Assembly (NCBI RefSeq): GCF_009914755.1
Contig: NC_060939.1
Origin: the human T2T-CHM13v2.0 reference genome, Homo sapiens
DNA: 64,000 bases
Reading direction: 5' to 3' (one strand)
Part shown: piece by piece, positions 39,692 through 64,000 of the stretch
Layout: each line of letters begins with the position of its first letter
Position numbering within the stretch: the first letter of the stretch is position 1
Made by a program: the position numbers and the translations under genes
Notes under the pieces: model-generated
Seen by the model: only the letters and a program-made list of their open reading frames with translations
The model's database searches: none
What the model was told of the DNA's origin: nothing

Positions 39692-41160
39692 AAGAACGCC
39701 TTCTCCTCAGAGAGGTCAAGTGCCGCTCCTTGCCTGCAAACCACACGTTGCCCCTGACAGAAAACTCTTCCTAAGATTAGAGAGTAGATTCGCTCTGCTT
39801 TTAAAAACACGTAATAATGCATGTGCTTTATTACTGATAATAAAACTGTGCCTATTCATGTCATAAAATTTAGCAAGTGAGGCAAATTATAAAAAAGATC
39901 CCATTAAAAAAAATTACCACAACCCTACCTTCCACAGACAGCCACTGTTGACATTTTGGTGTTTTATCTAGTCCCTTTTCTATGAAAATATATGAAATAT
40001 GTAAAAAATCTACGTATGGGTATACATAACATAGAAGTTAAAATATAAATTTGGCGGCTGAGGCCATGCCTCCTCCAGACCGTGGCTGAGCCCTCTGGCC
40101 TTGAACACCCCCCGCCTTACTCAGCCTGAAGCCTTGAAGCCTGCCCTCCCCCAACACCTTGGCACCCCAGCTTCCCTATCCTGTTCTACTTTTGTTTTCT
40201 TCAACACTTACCACCTTTCCCCTCTATACAGTTTCCTTATGTATCATGTTTACTGTGCATCTCTCAATCGCCCCTCAATATAAGCACCAAGAAGGCAGAA
40301 TCCTTGTCAGTTTTGTTCAATGATGCACCCCAAATGCCTAGAATAGCTCGAAGCACACAGTAGGTACTAAATAAGCATTTGTGAGAAGATGACTTAAGAT
40401 TATATAAATCTGCTGTTTTTCATCTTTAAAAATTATTTGTAAACCTATGTAATCAACAAGAGCATATAATATTCCACCCTTTTGTTATATCATGATTTAT
40501 TTTACCATTCACCTCTTGTAAGTCATCTAGGCTGATTATAATTTTGCATATTATTAATCTCAATATCCATCATTTATCTACCTACCTACCAACTATCTCT
40601 CTACATTCCTAGCTCTGACCAGTAAAAAGGCCTATATATGTAGAGGGCAAAAAAAAAAAAAAAAAAAAAAAAATCCTCATTTCTCATTAAAAAAATAGTC
40701 CCTCTAATAATTAATCTTAAAACTTCATTTCTCATTCTCTTGGCATTTTCTTTCTAGCTCTGTTCTCCTGGAAACCTGATAAAGGTGGAACGTTGGCTGT
40801 GTTACCAAGCAACAATGCTTGTGGTAAAAATGATCCACTTCATCTGGACAGCGAGGGCCGTGAATGAATCATAAGTACCTGGTGGGAAGCTGTGGCTCTG
40901 GAGTTCTGAATCTTGACTCTTGGAGCTCGGCACGCCCCTTGAGGAGACAAGGAAGCTATTCCCATGAGACTCTTACTAGAAATATCAGTTTCTCATTGGA
41001 ATAAGGCTTTAATTTGCTATGTATGTGACATTTCAGTTTACCTGGGTATCCTGTATTTTATCTGGCAACCCTACTTGAGGAAAAGGAGCTAGAGAGACAC
41101 CTGCCATCATGCAGTTGGAGTGCTGTTTCATGCCTTTGCATCCTTATTCTAAATTAAGTT

Positions 41161-45915
<4,755 letters not shown>

Positions 45916-46377
45916 TGCAGAGTGAGATCCTTCCAACTGTGTTTTGAGTTTCTTATTGGAATTTAACATGTGCTTTAGAGATGGTCTGGTGAGGTCAAGC
46001 TCAGATTTCCTTACCCTCCAACTCATCTTCTCTTCCTAGCTTCCTACCACCTATTAGCTAGCCCTTTCCTGCCTCCTGCTGAAGAGTTAACAACTATAGA
46101 CTAATCTTGATTAATAGAGCAGGAGGAATCTTGGCTTAAAGCCAGAAAATAAGTCATTGTGTCAAAACTCCAAAGATGGCTTGCTTTGCAATCTTGGGTG
46201 GCATATAGTTTGAGCCTTGATTTTTTCACCTGTAACATATTTCTTAATATTTCTTACTGCACAGGGCTGTTGAGAGAATTAGCTGAAATAGGCATACATG
46301 AAATGTCCTGGTAAAGCACCTGGTCCATATAGCCTCTCCATGGATGTTTGTTGCATAAATGAATGGGACTCTGTTAA

Positions 46378-47278
<901 letters not shown>

Positions 47279-48059
47279 GTATACATCTATTGGTTTGGGA
47301 TGCCAGCATTCCTTACCCACTTCTGGTAACATCACCTCTTTCTCTTAGAGAATCCTCTGACATCTTGTGGTCTTCAAAAGGCCTCCCAATCACAGTACTT
47401 ACCACCCCCTGGCCAAAGACTGAACATGACTCTACTGACCAATCACATTGCCCCATCTCCTTGGCTACAGTGACTTGCATGTGACCAGTAAGGCCAATCA
47501 GAGACTCTCTCTAAAAATCTTTACTTGTATATGCTGAGAAATGTTTTCTTTGGCCTTTGGTTTTTTGGAATGATGTAACTCTGAGGCTGTCTGTAGCTAT
47601 GATATTCCCTTTCTCAGTCACCACTATCACCAGTTTCTTAACATGTGTTCGTGTGTTGGATGGGGGCATAGACTTACAGACAATAGATGACAGATACAGT
47701 GACAGAGAAGAACAGGGGCTTATGGGAGATTATCTGCTCAAGACAAGTGATGAACTAGAAAGGCCAAACTCTCTTTGAAGGGCAATTAAGGGACTCAGTG
47801 TATGTGATGGGGAAGAACTGCATTGAATAAGATGTGTATGCCTGGCATTTTAAGTCAAACTTTAATTCCAGTGAAGGTTTAAACCATACCTGGCCTCTAT
47901 TCCTATTTGGTTGAAAAAAATCTGCACATAAGTGAACCCACAGAGTTCAAACCCAAGTTGTTTAATGACTGTACATATATATGTTTATTCAAGAAAGTAC
48001 AATTGTAATTTACTGAACCTAAACAGTGCAGCTGGCCATCTTGGAATGAATGGCATGGA

Positions 48060-49330
48060 TGCCCTTCTCTTTTTGGGCTCCCTAGGACATCACACTCTTG
48101 ATTTTCCTCTTACCTCAGTTGCTTGCTTCTTCCTGGTCTTCTTTGCTGGACTCTTCTTTTCTCTGATCTACTGATATTGCACAGCCTCCCAACAAGTCTC
48201 CCCATTAGTACTCGGTCCCTCAGCCCAAGATGATTCTTTAAATCACAAATCTTTTTTTTTTTTTTTTTGAGACAGAGTCTTGCTCTGTTGCCCAGGCTGG
48301 AGTGCAGTGGTACAATCTTGGCTCCCTGCAATCTCCACAGCCTGGGTTCAAGCGATTCTCAGCCTTCAGAGTAGCTGGGACTACAGGCGACCACCACCAT
48401 GCCCAGGTAATTTTTGTAATTTTAGTAGAGGCGGGGTTTCACCATGTTGGCCAGGCTGGTCTCGAACTCCTGACCTCAAATGATTCACCCACCTCGGCCT
48501 CCCAAAGTTCTGAGATTACAGGCGTGAGCCACTGCACTGGGCCTAAATCACAAATCTTTTATGTTAATCCAAATCTGAACTTGATGTCCTCTCCCTACCC
48601 CGACACCTCTGCTTCCCTAGTGTTTTCCATCTCATAATGGCAACTATGTTCCTCCAGCTGTCTTGGCCAAAATCCTTGTCATTTTGACTCCGGTCTCTTA
48701 TTCATCAGAAAATCCTATCACTTCCAACCTCTAAATATATCTAGAATTTGAACACGTGTCACTGCTGTGATGACGGCCATGATCATTCACTACCTGTGTT
48801 ATTACAATAGCCCCTCCTTACTAATCTGTTTCTGCCCTTGCCCATCACCCTCTATTCTCAAAGGACAGTACTTAAAATTTAAGTCACATCAGATCACCAC
48901 TCTGCTCCAAACTCTGCATTAGTTCTCCCTTCCTCCTAGAATGAGAGCCAAAGTCCTCACCACAGTCCTGAGGGCTATACATGATCTGCCCCTTGCCTGT
49001 CTCACCTCAGTGACTGCCACGTACCTTTGGCTCATTCTGCTCCTGACCACACTAGCCGTTATACCACTCAACACACCATGCATGCTTCTTTCTTCTATCT
49101 GCCTGGAATATTCTTCTCCCAGATATCTGCTTGGCTAACTCCATTCAACTGTTTATAAAAATCTCATCTTTTCAATGAGGATAACCCCTTCCTACCTACT
49201 CTTGATCCCCTTTACTCCACTTCTCTTCCCCTCCCTCTGATAGCACACACTGCTTTCTGACATACTGTATTTATTAATTTCATTCATTGTCTGTCTTTTC
49301 CAGTTACAACATAGGTTTCATGAGGTCAAG
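48060..49330 (+). mobile_element. L2 fragment with Alu at ~48253-48543 (-)
   Basis: L2 motifs (ccaaaatccttgtcattttgactcc, cagatcaccactctgctccaaactc, ctgcctggaatattcttc). Confidence 0.75.
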
Positions 49331-49333
49331 GAC

Positions 49334-49821
49334 TTTTTTTTTTTTTTTTCCATGACGGTGTCTTGCTCTGTCTCCCAGGCTGGAGTGCAGTGGTATGATC
49401 TCGGCTTACTGCAAGCTCCGCCTCCCAGGTTTACGCCATTCTCCTGCCTTGGCTTCCTGAGTAACTGGGGCTACAGGCAACCACCACCACGCCCGGCTAA
49501 TTTTTTGTATTTTTAGTAGAGATACTAATGGGGTTTCACTGCGTTAGCCAGGATGGTCTCAATCTCCTGACCTTATGATCCACCTGCCTCAGCCTCCCAA
49601 AGTGCTGAGATTACAGGTGTGAGCCACCGCGCCTGGCCAGGACTTTTATTTATTATTATTATTATTATTTTTTAAAGAGATGGGGTCTCATTATGTTGCC
49701 CAGGCTGGAGTGCAGCAGCTATTCACCAGTGTGATTATAGTATACTACAGCCTCAAACTCCTGGGCTCAAATGATCTTCCTGCCTCAGCCTCCTGAGTAC
49801 AGGTATACCACCAAACCTGGC
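49334..49821 (-). mobile_element. AluY-like (~49334-49638) followed by a FAM-like fossil Alu monomer (~49645-49821)
   Basis: Second element carries the 7SL-like segment gctattcaccagtgtgattatag that dimeric Alus lack. Confidence 0.85.
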
Positions 49822-49989
49822 TCTTTGTCTGTTTTGATCTCAGATCATAGGAGATTGAGAATGTCTTCTTCAGGGACTCTGACCCTCCCAAGGACCTTGG
49901 GATAACAACTTTTGAGATCCCCCAACACATAGACCAACCAGATCACCCTACAGTGAAGCATGCTAATAAATACCTTCAAAGCTTTCAAT

Positions 49990-52080
<2,091 letters not shown>

Positions 52081-52297
52081 AAATAAAAAGTTGATACTCA
52101 TCTAATTCAAGTGGGTGTCCTTATTTTAAGTATCTTAAAAGTTAAGAGAAATCTTAACTGGGTCAATTAGCTTGACTGAGCTCAAATGGAGCAGTATTAT
52201 AAAAAGGTTGAGTATTAGATATTCGTTTGATGCAATGGTTCACAACCCCAGATGCACAACCCTGGTTGCACAATTGAACCACCAGGGGAATTTTTAG

Positions 52298-53677
<1,380 letters not shown>

Positions 53678-55849
53678 ATTCTAACGTGTATCAAGATTAA
53701 GAACCACAGTTCTAATGATGACCTGAGGAAATGTTTTTAAATTCACTCCTAAGTTGCCTTTAAATGCAACTCATAGGATACTTACTCAACAGCATGGAAT
53801 CTAAGTTTTGGTCCCACTTCCAAGAGAGGGAGGCTAGGTGGAAGATGAAGACCCCACTTTGGAGGTAGGAACACAACAGAGAATCCAGGCTATACGAGGA
53901 AGTCAATTTCAGTGTTGCTACTAAATATAATCCTTAAGTCATGAGAGCAGTAGACTTCGTGGCCTTAGCATAGGGCGAAGAGTGGCAATGCAGGGCACGG
54001 ATTTATTTTCTTCCTCCTGAAGAAAACAAAATGCTGGAAGAATTCCTCTTTATCATGTGTTCAGAGCACAAGTTAGCCTGTGACTCTTAAAAACAAACAC
54101 ATAAAACCAAACCTTCAAAACAATTGTGTTTAGCAGATGATAAGTGCAAACCAATGGTCCCTTCACAATCCCTTCCCTCTCTTTGGGCTGCTGGAACCAC
54201 CCTGTATTAGTCTCGGAGGCAGAATGACTTTATGATTCATCAGATCTGCGCTTGATTTTTAAAAACACATTTTATGGGCAAGCATTAGGTCAGCAGAAAC
54301 TTCCTTCCCACTTGGCATATTTCATAAATCAGACGCAGAAAACACTTGGAGGCAAGCCCATGCCGGATATTCAGGGCTGTGTCAGGAAGTCAAGGTCACT
54401 ATCATTACATTCCAAGTCAAGAGCGATGGCCTCTATATGGTCTCAATTCTCAGGGAATGTCCTTACCTGAGGCACAGGATGGAAACTGGCTTTTAAGCAA
54501 AATGGAGTATCCCACCTCCCCAAAGGAGTCTACTTCTCCCTTCTGGCATGATGAGACCTGCCTGATGGTAGCCCCAGGACCCAGGATGGCTAACATTTCG
54601 CAGGCGCCATGTGCCAGGCGGTGTTCTAAGTGCTTTGTGCATTCCTCACCCCTGAGGTATTTGGGTGAACCACACTTGCTAACTTGCCAAATGCCACATC
54701 ATGGTCAAATAAGAACCAGAATTCACAGTATAAGGCTCATGCTGGGACAGTACTAGGTTAAATATCCATGGAGAAAAAGGAAAGCTAGGAAATAGGTCAG
54801 GAGGGAGGCTGGGAGGCCATAGGAGGCGGAGGTGATGGTGCTGCCGGGTTGCCCACTCCTGGCTCCTCTCCTCCCCATCTGCCTGTCCCAGCTCATCTCA
54901 GCTGCTTGCCCTCTCATCCTTTCCTTGGAAAAACATCCCAGCTGTTGGGGCCTGGAATACTCCAGCATCAGCCACACCCCTCTGGCCTGATGTGTATGGC
55001 TGTGTCAATGTGCAGCAGGAGGCAAGTGGCTTCCACCCTGGTGCCAAGGTCTATGGAGCCAGCAGACTGGAGAGGACAGTCTGGCTGACAGAGGTGGCCT
55101 GCCTTGCAGCTGGAAGCACTTACGTAAGGATCGCAATGCAATGTGGCTGCTTTGCACAGCCTTGCCCCTCTGGACAAGTTTCCGAAGATTGCTAAAATGC
55201 AGTTCTGTGAAGTTAGTACTGCAGAGGAAGGTACCATCCAGATCTAGCTGTTCTGACTCAGGGATGCCTTCCTCAATTGGCCAGACTTGGAGAGTTACAG
55301 CCCGTACATCATAAGCATAGTCCTTCCACAAGCCATGCTCAAGGGGGTTGATGGACGAACCCAGCCCCCAAGGGAATGCTTAATTACATGGGGACTGTAG
55401 TGCTTTGGCTCTGGGTTCTTACTGACTACCGTCACCCACATTTTCAATTCCTTTGAGTTTCAAATATTACAAAAGGCATGGTTTAGAAACGTGACACTGT
55501 TAGCTACCTGAGCAGAACTTGGAACAGCAGCTGGATGGCAAACAGTGCCAGATGGAGGCCTTAGGGTGAGAAGCAGCTGAGTGATGAGGGTTAGAAGCAG
55601 CACCATTTGGCTGTGTAAGAGGCAGAGGGAGGATGGAGCGCAGCTGACCTCTGACCTAGTCTAGGATGGCTGCCCTGCCCTTCAGCTGTGGTGTTGGCAA
55701 GAGAGGGTGGGTGGCCGTGTGGGGTCAGGAAAGCCAAGTGGCCAGAAGTCACCCGTCCTCTCTATTTTAAAGGCACAGGTGTTTCTTCTCCAGGTCTTGC
55801 CTGGTGAGTCCTTTCCCTTTCTCCTTGAGAATCCTGAGGTTTCAACACG

Positions 55850-57030
<1,181 letters not shown>

Positions 57031-57062
57031 TGCAAAAACCATGGAAGAAAAAACCACCTTAA

Positions 57063-60849
<3,787 letters not shown>

Positions 60850-60914
60850 AAATATTAATAGGCATTTATTTTCCCGATGAGGTTACAGAAGTTAAGGAAG
60901 GTTAAATAACGTGG

Positions 60915-61496
60915 TATTGTGATTTGTATATGTAGCTGTCTCTCTAGTTTGGTTTTGAGGTCTCTCTTTGGAGGGGGTCAGAAACCAGCCACTCTCCAGG
61001 AGAGCCGTGGCCAGGGGGAAGGGTAGGTTCTAGGGTGTCAGTCAGGTGAGGCATAAGGAGGAGGCGAAACCAAAACGCAGGAACAGAAGAAATCTCTTAC
61101 TTACACATCCCAGAGAGGTCCGGCGAGCAGAGGGAGCCCGAGGGGGAGTCCAGAGGCCACGGGGAGCCAGAGAGGAGAGGGAGGGCCTGGAGCTTTGTCC
61201 TGGGGCTTTCCCGTGGGGGTGTGGCTTGGCTGATTCAAGAAGAACACGTGCAAAGCGGGGCTTATTCACAGGACTCTGGTGTTGGCCGTTAGGTTTGATC
61301 ATGGTCAGCAGCTGTGTGATGTGTGAGTTCTGGGTCAGTGCGATGAAGAGCAAATGGGCCGCATTACAAACAACCACTCAGGGAGGGGAAGTGTTACCCA
61401 GACCAGAGGTGATACAGTGAGACTGGGCTTCAGACAACTTAGGTCAGGCCTGAAAATGGATGCTGAGGCAGCCACTGTATTAAACAATTTATGACA
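60915..61496 (-). mobile_element. Solo ERVL-class LTR (MER73/MER74/MER54-like)
   Basis: Minus strand starts TGtcataaattgtttaatacagtggctgcctcagcatccatttt and ends cctcaaaaccaaact...aaatcacaata; flanked by cgtgg/cttgg (5-bp TSD, 1 mismatch). Confidence 0.65.
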
Positions 61497-61662
61497 CTTG
61501 GCCAATGTCATTCAGTTAAAAAGTATCAGGGCTGAGATGAGAGCAGGCAGGGTCAGCAGGCCAGCCATGTCTTCTTAGTTTGCTTTCAGCATGTCATCTC
61601 GTGACTGGAACCCAGAGGGGAACCTCTGGGTAAGAACCAGGCAGACGCAGAGTCATGGCTGA

Positions 61663-63775
<2,113 letters not shown>

Positions 63776-64000
63776 TTAAAAATCATCTCAATTTTACTTC
63801 CTCTCCAATGATTACATTCCTTCTTTCCTTTTATAATAATGATCCTTGAAATCGTTTCTCTACATGCTGACTGATTTTTCTCCTCCCATACTCTCTTGAA
63901 CCCACTTCATTCAGGCTTTCCCCCGCTACCATTCCAGCAAAATTGCTTTTCTTAAGATCATGAATGACCTCCACATTGTTAAATCCAGTGGTTATTTCTC

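Noticed and set aside
40641-40740. Orphan A25 tract with nearby short direct (ctcatttctcatt-like) and inverted (tagaggg/ccctcta) repeats
   Set aside because: No retro-element body or flanking TSD can be assigned; too short to interpret.
61042-61420. Overlapping 111- and 124-aa ORFs on opposite strands
   Set aside because: Lie within a GC-rich LTR relic, with no protein-family signature.

Overview
Mammalian (by Alu content, primate; the protein matches human) genomic DNA. It contains the whole coding part of MAPK6 (ERK3, atypical MAP kinase) on the + strand in five coding exons: 7190-7744, 10689-10833, 19307-19471, 21973-22174 and 24529-25627. These total 2166 nt (721 aa), and all introns are GT-AG. 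The first of these exons also carries a 631-nt, uAUG-rich 5' leader (6559-7189), and the 3' UTR is about 1.25 kb with several AATAAA signals. The promoter and non-coding first exon lie upstream of the window. The remaining ~37 kb is intergenic and dominated by Alu, L1, L2, MIR, LTR and DNA-transposon relics, plus one near-full-length RPS13 processed pseudogene (55905-56437). Almost all other ORFs in the supplied track are Alu-derived or chance ORFs. I see no new gene system here. The most promising under-explored signals are the upstream-ORF architecture of the MAPK6 leader, the 3' UTR poly(A)/miRNA layout, a strong CTCF motif, and several small rearrangement scars. Repeat boundaries are approximate and subfamily names come from recalled consensus sequences.
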